A DNA stretch of 64,000 bases from Octopus sinensis (Eukaryota), in assembly GCF_006345805.1 (NCBI RefSeq), contig NC_043011.1, positions 51,596,464-51,660,463 of the forward strand, in the 5' to 3' direction. Positions 53,690 through 64,000 of this stretch are shown here, piece after piece. The stretch's first letter is position 1. Each line of letters begins with the position of its first letter. The notes under the pieces were generated by a model. The model did not search any database, had not been told where the DNA came from, and was given only the letters and a program-made list of their open reading frames with translations. The position numbers and the translations under genes are program-made.

Positions 53690-54879
53690 TTAATGACTGC
53701 GGTAGTGGTGGTGGTGGTGGAGGTAATTACAGTTATAGAGAAAATGTTGGTAATACTGCTAGTGTCGATAACGTTGTTATTGTTGTAGTTAGTTGTAGCA
53801 ATACTGATGTTGATGGTGGTGGCTGCAGTGTTCAGTGGTGATGTGAAGAGGCAATAGTGATAAAAACAGTATCCAGACATAATTCAGTAATGGCAAGGAC
53901 AAAAAGCTACAATTTTTTATTTTCTTTCTTTCACAGAGTTTTCAACTCGTTTTCTCTGACAAGTTGATGGACGTTATTCCATTTTGGTAAAATTAATGGA
54001 TTGTGAAAGACAGACAGGTTGAGTCCATTCCCATGATGAAGGAGGAGTCAAGTTTATCATTTCCAGGCACATTCTTGTGTGCTATTTCACAGATTCTGTC
54101 AGGAACCACACAACTAACCAATAATCAACTAGCTAGCTACAACTCTTGAAAGATGGTACAAGTCTGAAGGCCCCTTTGAATCTCTACACTGAATAAGTGA
54201 CATGATAGAAGCAAATGAGGGGAGTGGATGTTTGATTTATGCTCGACAAATAGAAAGTTCACCGATGAAGAATATAGCTTCTCAGTTCTGAACTAACATT
54301 GATAAATTCAAAAAATAATGGTGTTTGGCAGAATGTTTCTAAATGCGTGAATTAATTAATCACATCCATTACTAATAATATTAATTAGTTGGAAGCTTCT
54401 AAAGGAATGGAACATGATGGCAACACTGATTGAAAATTCATCTATACACAATGGTGTCCTTACATGTTAACTCAGCATCAATCCAGTTCAACACCTATCT
54501 ACACACTGCTACTGTGTGTGTGTGTGTGTGTGTGTGTGCACACGCGCACGCATGTATGCACGTGTGTGTATGTAGTCACCATCGAAAATACTGCATCTAT
54601 ACAGTTGAGATACACTGTGTTTATATACCTACTCAACATCCACAATGAAAAAGATCTCAATGTGGTCACCTGGCCAGCTAAAAATAGCAGTCAAATCTCC
54701 TAAAATCCCATACTACGGCCTGAAAAAATAGAAGGAAAAAGAAATGCAGAACACATTGAACAATATATATGTTCCTTGCTAAATTATGTCTGCATAAAAG
54801 ATAGAATGTTTGTGACTGGAATACCTTAATTTTGACAGGGTCACTGCATTTCTGACGATGAGAGTAACCAATAAGTTAA

Positions 54880-55130
54880 CATCTATGCAATTTACTGCAG
54901 AACAAATATCAAAGAACTTTGTTTAAAGAGCACCAGTTCTTTTGGCAAGCTTCCCCTAATGAGCCTTCTTCATGTGTTCTTTCAGGGTACAGTCAGTTGC
55001 AACATGATCACCTGCTTGGTAGATTCTGAAAATACGATTATGATTGGGTGGAGTTTTGTCAGTATGATGTGCTCTGGGAATGTTAGGTGTTTAACAAAAT
55101 CCACCCTCAGTAGTCAATCAGGAGCTGTGA
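54880..55130 (-). pseudogene. Decayed gag-like ORF1 remnant with eroded zinc knuckle
   Basis: FRIYQAGDHVATDC (54989-55030) keeps CX2CX4HX4C spacing, with both missing Cys one base away from a Cys codon. Upstream FPEHIILTKLHPIIIV lies in a shifted frame. Confidence 0.4.
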
Positions 55131-55352
55131 GAAGAAGGCATGGCCAGGGTTTCTCTACAGCTTTTCTTCAAGTGATGGTTTCTTTCCTGGGTTTGTTTTA
55201 ACTGATGTATGTGTGTGTGCATGAATAAATCATATCTACATTGAATCATTCATCTTTTGTCCATTTTTCATTCTTGCATGAGTTAGATGAATGTATTACT
55301 GAAGCACTATTTTACAGTTGGACACTGTTCTTGTGGTATATATATATGTATA

Positions 55353-55472
55353 TTATTTAAAAGCAGCAGAAATATAACAAAAGCTGTTACTCAGAGTTTC
55401 ACGTTCCCGTTCGAATGAGAACGTGAAACTCTGAGTAACAGCTTTTGTTATATTTCTGCTGCTTTTAAATAA
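55353..55472. repeat. Perfect 54-bp inverted repeat with 12-nt spacer, made of hammerhead 3' halves (family B)
   Basis: Arms 55353-55406 and 55419-55472 are exact reverse complements; both carry CGU-GAAA-CUCUGAG-UA-ACAG. Confidence 0.9.
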
Positions 55473-55557
55473 AGCATATTACTCTACTTCTGGTATTTGA
55501 GTACTCTTTTTTTCCACCTTGTTTCACATTTATGTGCTTACTCCAGTATATATATAT

Positions 55558-56110
55558 CTGGCAAAGTTTCTACAGCTGGATGCCCTTCCTAATGCCAACC
55601 ACTCTGAGAGTGTAGTGGGTGCTTTTTACGTGCCACTGTCATGAGGGTCAGTTAAGCAGTACTGGCATCTACCATGCTTGGATGGTGCTTTTTACATGCC
55701 ACCAGCATGGGAGCCACTCAGGCAGCACTGGTAATGACCATGCTCGAATGGTGCTTTTTACGTGCCACCAGCATGGGACCAGTCAGGCAGCAGTGGCATC
55801 CACCACGCATGAATGATGCTTTTTACATGCCACCAGCATGTGAGCCAGTCAGGCAGTACTGGCATCGGCCACGACAATGACTTTACTTGACTCAAGGAGT
55901 CTTCTCAAGAACAGTTCATTGCCCAATGAATGAAGGGTACTCTTAAATGGGCCGGTTATGCTACACTGGCATAGGTCACGATTACAGCCACACTTGGCTT
56001 GCCAGGTTTTCTCAAGCACAGCATATCTCCAAAGGCCTCACCTCTGTGAGGCCCAGCGTTCAAAGGTCATGCTTCACCACCTCATCCCAGGTCTTCCTGG
56101 ATCTACCTCT
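55558..56110 (-). mobile_element. RTE LINE 3' end: ORF terminus plus 3' UTR with four ~66-bp tandem units
   Basis: RGRSRKTWDEVVKHDL*TLGLTE...WRYAVLEKT. Units start at 55618, 55684, 55750 and 55815. Confidence 0.8.
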
Positions 56111-56632
56111 TCACAGAAGAGATATATATGAATGGGTATGAATTATTTATAAATCAAATAATGTATATAAGTGGAAACAAATTGTTGGTTCCTTTATTTT
56201 TTTTTATAATTTATTGTTATAATATATTCATAGTATATTATGTTATATTATAATATAAATAAATTTGTAGATTGTCAATTGAATCTCTCTATTTAATTTA
56301 TTGTTTGTAATTTGCATATATAAGGGTATATCCCTATTTATGTGGTATTCAACTGACGTACTAGTGAACTGGATGTTTTACACGCTCTTTTGAAGCAATT
56401 CCTTTCCTTAGATTGTTACTTTTATATATATATTATTGGTGTTAGGAAGAGCATCCAGCTGTAAAACCCATGCCAAAACAGATAGTGAAGCCTGGTGTAG
56501 TTTCCTGTTAAGCCATCCCCTGTTAAACCATTCAAACATCCGACTCATGCTAGCATAGAAAATGGATGTTAAATGATGCTAATGATGCTGCTGATATTAT
56601 ATATAATATACATATATATATATATATATATA

Positions 56633-56664
<32 letters not shown>

Positions 56665-56903
56665 TTTCATTGGTTCAGTCCTACTGCGTGATCCTATGGG
56701 CAAGTATCGCTTACTATATAGCCATAGGTCAACCAACATCATGTGAATGAATTTTAGTAGAAGCCTGTTGTATATCTGTCTGTCTGTCTGGGTATCTAGC
56801 TGTAAGAAAACTGTTAAAACTGTCTTGTTAAGTATCATGTAACCTATGCCAGTATGGAAAAGGCAAACATGAAAAGGGAACAAAAGTGATATATATATAT
56901 ATA

Positions 56904-56980
<77 letters not shown>

Positions 56981-57339
56981 TTATATATACACACATTTAT
57001 ATGTGTGTATTTTTGTGTGTACATAATAGCACACACACACACACACACACACACGTATGTATATCAAACATTCAGAGAGTCTTCACTGTATAAATTGCTT
57101 GGATTAGAGATTCATTATTATTATATTATTATATCCTTCAACAAATAACATTAACAAAATACAAAATTACACCTCTGCCGGCGGCACCACTCTCACCACC
57201 ACCAACGCCACCACCACCACAACCATAGTTAAAGTCCCGTCCACTGCCACAATAACAGAGAAGAAACAAAACAGTATATAATCAAAGAGGAAAAACAATT
57301 CTATTATGGTAAGTATATATATACTTTGGTTGGTAGGGT

Positions 57340-57850
57340 TAGGATGGGGACTAAACAAGTCATACTAATGGAGGTGTTTTTCATAGAGACAAATAAAGAG
57401 ATGATGCATGCCAAACACAATAATAAGGATGGTGGTGATGGCTGTGGTTATGATGATGATAATGCTAATGATGATAATGGTATAATTGTGCTGATTGTGG
57501 TGGTGAAGATGATAATGATGGTAGTCGTGATGATAGTGGTGATGATGGTAATGGTAGTGATGATGGTGGTGGTGACAATGATAACGAGGGTGTTGATGAT
57601 CATAGTAGTGATGGTGATGATGATGGTGGCAATGCAATTTGATGACAATGATGACGAGGATGGCTGTTGATAGTGATGGTTATGTTGATGATGATGGTAG
57701 TGGTAGTGATGACACTGGTGATGGTGGACTTTGATGGTGCTGCTGCTGCTGATGTTAATGATGATAATGGTCACTGTGGTGATGAAGATGAAAATGATGA
57801 TGATGATGATGAACATGATAATGATGAAGATATTAATCAATAATTGACGG
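57340..57850. repeat. Degenerate (GAT/GGT)n trinucleotide region
   Basis: Directly visible; explains the His/Ile/Met-rich pseudo-ORFs. Confidence 0.85.
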
Positions 57851-58039
57851 AAATTTGCTAGCAATAGAAACTTGAAATAATAAACTGAAGTTGTTCTGAA
57901 TTTATTGTCACTATACAGTTATCTCCAAGTCTCAGTTTGTCAGTGTGAGAGGGAGAAGAAGGAAGAGGGTAGGAGAGTGTCTGGAAGTATATACACAAGT
58001 AATTACAGCCATAAACACACAAATGTGCATACAGATATA

Positions 58040-58082
<43 letters not shown>

Positions 58083-58273
58083 TCACAAGCATGGTTGCGT
58101 GGTTGAGAAGCATGCTTTGGGTTCAGTCCCACAGCATGGTACTTTGGTCAATAGCTTTCTACTATAGCCACAGGCTAACCAAAGACTTGTGAGTGGATTT
58201 AATAGATGGAAACTGAAAGTAGGCCATCATATCTACACACACACCACACACACAGACACACACACATATACAT

Positions 58274-58391
58274 AGTTGAAATTTATAGAAAAACAAAAGA
58301 TGAAGACAGGTGTGTGAACAACAAACAGGTGCATTAGTTTGATGCTCAGGAAAATGAAAAAGTCTTTTATATTTCGAGCCTACACTCTTCC
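58274..58391 (-). mobile_element. Family A Penelope-like element, copy 3, truncated inside the hammerhead
   Basis: GA-A-GAGU(GUAG)GCUC-GAAA-UAU-A-AAAGA at 58363-58391; the 5' core and stem I are lost. Confidence 0.5.
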
Positions 58392-58418
58392 TCTGTAGAT
58401 TTAGCAGTCAAGCATGGT

Positions 58419-58465
<47 letters not shown>

Positions 58466-60578
58466 TATATATATATTTATGCATGCATGTGTCTTTCAGG
58501 TATGTTTGTCCTCCACCTCGACAACTGGTGGTGGCTTTAAAAACTATGTACTGGGGTTGATTTGTTCAACCTGGAACCATATGTGGTTGGTAAGCAAGCT
58601 ACTTACTACAAAGCCACTCCTGCACCTATATATATATATATATACAAAATGTGAGTGTGTGTATACATATATATATATGTATATAATGTATGTGTATGTA
58701 TATATATATATATGTGTGTACACATACACACACACACTTACTCACATACACATATATATATATATAATGGCCCAAATGTAGTCCTGTTGCCTATGGGGTA
58801 TGACACTGCTTTGTTTAACATTACCTTCTAAATTGGTATCTTTAGTTGATTTTACTCTGTTGCAGTTTTTACACCTGACTTGTAGCAAGGTGTTTTCATG
58901 ACTTCACAGTACACTGATTGACATTCCTTACACTTTCTTAGATACCAAATAATAAAATGAAAGCACTGGCCAATTATCCCTCCTCTTCTTTCCAGGCTCT
59001 GCACTAACCATTAACCTCAGAGTGAGTTTGTTAACCATATTTATATCAGAGGTTTTGAGGGACCAGTGAAGGTCAGGGCTACACCTCTCCCTACAGATAA
59101 TACCAATTGAAAAAAGAAAAACATTTAAAAAAGATATTCATATACAGAGACACATAATCAGACAGTATCAGAGTGAGTGTAAACTAAGAAAATATGCAAG
59201 AGAAAGTGAGGTGGGATTGTACATAACAGAGAAGTAAATGGAAATCATGTGTATTAGGACAAACATGATATATTAAGGTATATTAAGCTTTGCTGAATTA
59301 GGTTAAAACATGAATTTACTGAAGGGATCTACTGACCAGAATACCATGGTTTCATGTGTAAATGTATCCATTAAAAGTTCTGCTGCTTGCTCACAATAAT
59401 TACTTTGGTTTCTTGTTAGTCAAACCTATACATGCCTGTGATTATTATCAGGAATGGACAAGTGTTTTTACTGCCAAAATTATTGTCCACAGTTATACTC
59501 CAATCTCAGAGCTGTTTCTGTTAGTCTGTATTAATAACTTGCTATATTTGGGCTTTTAATAGCAAATTCGTCTATATGATAAAACTTACCTTCCTTTGCT
59601 CTTGGCAAAACCTATACCCTTATATAATTCTCATCATGATGTGCAAAGGAGTAAAATAAACCAGAGTTATGGACACAAGTTATTCTGCTTCCAAAACTGA
59701 TGACAAGTATGATCATACCTTCAAAGCCAGGTTAAATTTTGGTTTTTAAATGTAGAATTTCCCTATATAGCAAAGTAAAGTGTATATTCAAAATATATAC
59801 CAACATCTTGAAGTCTACTTCAGGCACTTTTATTTCCATATATATGTAAAGAGAACTAATAAAAATAAATAAAAATGCTGAATAATAAAGTAGATATATT
59901 ATTTAATATTTCAGCTATAACAAGCCCTAATTACATTTGCGGCTATTTAAATAACTGTAATATTGAATGAATATATTTGCCTCTCTTCCTCTTTCACTCA
60001 ACATTATAGTAACTTTCTTCATTCTTTTGGTACTTCCATTTTAATATATGAAATTTATTTACCAGATTGCTTTAAGGTATATTACCCATTGTTCCACCAC
60101 GACCACCATCAAACCATCAACCACATCATCACCACCACCATTATCAATCTCTTATTCGTGGTTATTTTTGTAACGAATTTCTCCTGATGTTGACATCATG
60201 AAAATGTGTGCGTGTGTCTGTCTAACTGTCTGTGTGCATGCATGTGCTATAATATGAAAAGTTCTTAAAGTACAAGTTTTATGAGATGAAACTGAATTGC
60301 TGAAAGACAGAAACACACACACACACACATATATTTTTATGTTAATATTTAGTGGAAGCAACAGAGTGACTCAAGGTCCAAGAGTTTTATGCATTGGCAT
60401 TTATCAAACGAGTTTCAAGTCAAAGAGCTGTGGGTTTATATAGCTGGTGAGAATTAACATTTTCCTTTGGATTGTTCTAGACTGAATTTTAAATCATAAC
60501 AATGTCACATGGATAATTCATATATACATATATTTACTTATCGTTTGAGTTCTGTTTTTTCCTGTTTGTATATGTATA

Positions 60579-60630
<52 letters not shown>

Positions 60631-60838
60631 TGGCAGAAGGTCAAGAGGGTTACTCTGTACCATTTGCTGAATAATAACAATAATCCTTTCTACTAAAGGC
60701 ACAAGGCCTGAAATTTTGGGGGAGGGGGATAATCAATGACATTGACCACTGTGAATTACTGATACTTAATTTATATATACCCTGAATGGATAAAAGGCAA
60801 AGTCGACCTCAGAATAATGATGATGATGATGATGATAA

Positions 60839-61625
60839 GCTGAAACCATCAATTATGTCTCCATGTGCAACCTTCTTGTGCCTACAGAAGATCTCAACAG
60901 GCATGATAGAGTGGCACAGTATATTAACTGGTAATTTGTAAAGACCTGGACCTGCCCCGTGTTAAAAACAGGTAGGAATACAAACCACCCCCAGTGCTTG
61001 AAAAATGATCTCATCTCACTCCTTTGGAACTTTACTGTTCAAACAGTCAGAAAGACAGATACAAATAAGCCAGACATTATACTGAAGGATTTCAGATAAA
61101 AATCATGCCCCCTCATTGATATGACTGTCCCAATCAACACAAATGTATCTGTCAAGACCTACTAAAAACTGAGCAAATATAAAGATCTTGAAATAGAAAT
61201 TGGCAAAACGTGGAATCTCAAGACTTATTGTAGGTGCCCTAGGGATGATAGCAAAAAGGGCTGATTGTTACCTTTCTCAGATACCAGGAAATCCAAAAAG
61301 AGATGAAATTCAAAAAATAGTGCTCATGGGAACTATTCATATCTTACAAAAAATATTGTCTATGTGATTCTAAAAACATTTTAATCAAAGTACATTTAAA
61401 TGTACATAATAGCAAACATCTTCTACTGTCATCTTAAGATCAAACTATCGGCTTATCCTCAAATTACTTTTAAAACAAACTTAATTTTCTTATATTTTGA
61501 CAGACATTCTCTAAAACAACACTCTGTACAAAGCCAAAAATATGGCACCCTAGTCATAATACCAACTTGAACGTCTAACTTGTCAGGTTTCTGGTTGTGA
61601 CTTGGAGTCAATGTGTACAAATACA
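60839..61625 (+). mobile_element. R4/Dong-type (RLE) non-LTR retrotransposon 3' fragment
   Basis: ETINYVSMC..LNRHDRVAQYINW; LLWNFTVQT..NKPDII; LIDMTVP..KLSKYKDLEIEI; IVGALGMI. These are the CCHC-linker and PD-(D/E)xK restriction-like endonuclease motifs. ORF stop at 61365-61367; UTR ends in (TAA)n. Confidence 0.85.
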
Positions 61626-61687
<62 letters not shown>

Positions 61688-61731
61688 TAATAATAATAAT
61701 AATGATAATAATCATAATGATAATAATAATA

Positions 61732-61766
<35 letters not shown>
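61626..61766. repeat. (TAA)n array shared by two convergent retrotransposon tails
   Basis: Directly visible. Confidence 0.9.
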
Positions 61767-63190
61767 GTGATTTCATCTATTTGTCACAAAGGCAAAGGAT
61801 GGGGGTGGGGACAATACATAGCTATAAAGTGTGTGGGGGGTTTGACATGTAATGAAATGATTAACAAAAACAAAGAAGGGTAAATATACACAGTATACAC
61901 TGAAAAAGAAGGGACATATACATATTGTACAAGGGTTTTAAAAAAAAAGTGGATGCAGATGGTAGAGATGTAGCCTTCCTGATACAGGAGGACCAATAGG
62001 GATAATCGAACCCCACTGTCTGAAATTTCTCTGAACACCAAGAGCAAGTGCCCTCTCCAACTTACAGGTCTACACTGAGAGTGGTACCATTCACTCTTAC
62101 CATTTTCACAACTTTCACCCACCTTTCCCTCTCCACTCCCAATTTCCTTTTTAAGTGCAACTTGAAGAAGTCAATGAGAGCTCTACCAAAGAGGAATGTA
62201 TCTGTCCTCATGCTTTTCAGCCTTGTCCATCAAACAACCTCTTTCGCCACAGCCACCAAGCAAAGGAAAAGTGCTTTGCCTGCCTGATTGAAGGAGGGCT
62301 GCAGGGCAATCATCACTACAAGCTTGGCCAACAGGCAGATCTGTCCCAGATGTGACAGCAGCTGTTCAACATAACCCCATAAGTCAGCAATACCCGGACA
62401 CTGAATGAGTGCAAGCAGAACTGTTTTGTCACTCAGCACAAACCTCAGACAAGTCCGTTGGACAGTACATTTATGCCTGTAGAGTTTATCTCAAAGCAGT
62501 AGCACCCCCAAAGTAGCACTGCCAGGCCAAGGACACCTGGAAATTATCCATGACAGTTCTTGACCAGAAAGTCCACCAGTACAGACAAACCAGTTCATTT
62601 TTGTCAGTGCCCAGAGTCTCACCGAGGTTATTGCAGTTCTCCGCCACTATAAATTTCTATAATCCTCTATAATCTTCTATAAATTTCTAAAGCAGAACAT
62701 TCACCGATCTCATTGCCTGACTGGTAGAGGGCTGTGAGTGCCTGATGACATTCTAGGTACCTTCTTTTCTTCACTCAGGACTGCAGCTCTGTCAAGGAGA
62801 TGAGCTGTGGAAAGATGAGTCTCACAAACGGAGCCCAGACATGCTTACCATCCAGAAATCATTGCAGGTGGCGTAACCAAAGAGCATGTCTGTGCAATTG
62901 GAGCCACAGCATACCTAATCCACCACTTAGAGGATGCTGGTAACAGACTGATCACCTGACCATTGGAACGCGTCCCTTCCACAAGAATTTAAGTAAGTAA
63001 CTGGGACAAGGCATGGCAGTCAGGTGATAAATTATAACAGAGATGATGTAGGCATTTGCCTCCACTGTCTGACCTTTCAGGGACAGCTTCCTCTCATCCC
63101 ATTTCTGGGTAAGACTGGCCACCCTGTTTGCCAGTCATACTGTAATATCTCTTTCCTTCACTTGCCCTAGGGTGCTGAGTGTATCTTGAC
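61767..63190 (-). mobile_element. L1/Tx1-clade LINE ORF2 3' fragment plus 3' UTR
   Basis: QKWDERKLSLKGQTVEAN..FLWKGRVPMVR..GGLGML; DKLYRHK..CLRF..KTVLLALIQCP (zf-RVT-like); RWVKVVKMVRVNGTT..*. Stop at 62062-62064, with internal stops and frameshifts. Confidence 0.85.
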
Positions 63191-63354
63191 AAGTGATTGC
63201 AACAAACATGAAGATTAAAAGTAAACAACAACAACAAATACTCTGATGCAACACTAATAATAATAATGAAGCTGGTTGTATAGAGATATATCTATGTATA
63301 TATGTGTCTCCTTAGCTTGACTTTGTGCAACAGATGCAAAGGAGAAGTGATGTC

Positions 63355-63560
63355 CACTTTTTCATTATATTTGTTTCAGTCATTTGACTGCAGCCATTTA
63401 GGTGTTTCAGTCAAACAAATTGATCCTAAGACTCATTTGTTTTTAAGCCTAGTACTTATTCTATCAGTCTGTTTTGCCAAACCACTAAGTAATGGAGATA
63501 TAAACACACCAACATCAGTTGTCAAACAGTGATGGAGTGACAAACAGAAAGACACACGTA
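63355..63560 (-). mobile_element. CORE-type SINE tail
   Basis: TTGTTTCAGTCATTTGACTGCAGCCAT...AGTACTTATTCTATC matches the reverse of the 33513-33846 tail. Confidence 0.65.
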
Positions 63561-64000
63561 CACATATACCATAAAAACCCATGTAATTTGCACACCTGTG
63601 CAATTTACACAGGTGATTTTTAGGATAAAATTGGTTAAAAACAGCTTCTACTCATGTAAAATTTACACCCAAAAGTTTTCAGAATTGCCGATATGGCCAG
63701 GGGGAAAAGGTTTTTAATGTAGTTGTATTTAGCATAATTTCACTTATTTGTGATTAGATTTCATTAAATTTTCATTAAATAAAAACAATTTCTGTTTAAC
63801 AGGTGTCACATTAAAAGCTATTAAATTACAAAATGTTTATGTTGTTTATAATAAACTTTCTTGCCCACAAGAGATTATGTCTGATCTTTAACATACTGCT
63901 GTATGTCTTCTCAAATCACGATCACAGGAAAAGTTGTTGATAGGCATTATCAACAAAAACAAAGCTGATAATCAAACTGATTGTGTAAACAGAATTCTGA

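Overview
AT-rich, microsatellite-dense animal non-coding DNA, probably intergenic or a large intron. The repeat families resemble those of octopus/coleoid cephalopods (inference). I found no convincing host protein-coding exon; almost all ORFs in the track are read-through of simple repeats. The window is a patchwork of tRNA-derived SINEs, RTE 3' ends, decayed LINE fragments (CR1, RTE, R4/Dong, L1/Tx1 ORF2, gag-like ORF1 remnants) and TTAA-flanked piggyBac-type and hAT-type MITEs. The most notable signal is a set of short elements abutting (TA)n that carry minimal type I hammerhead-ribozyme motifs with palindromic stem III, the architecture known from Penelope-like elements. They fall into at least four sequence families. 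Two of them form long inverted repeats (49.6-50.0 kb, 55.35-55.47 kb) whose apex lies at the hammerhead core. Also notable: a 184-bp SINE unit nested twice at the same position of an older SINE, with a tail resembling the Tx1 3' end, and a MITE flanked by a 92-bp TTAA-to-TTAA duplication.
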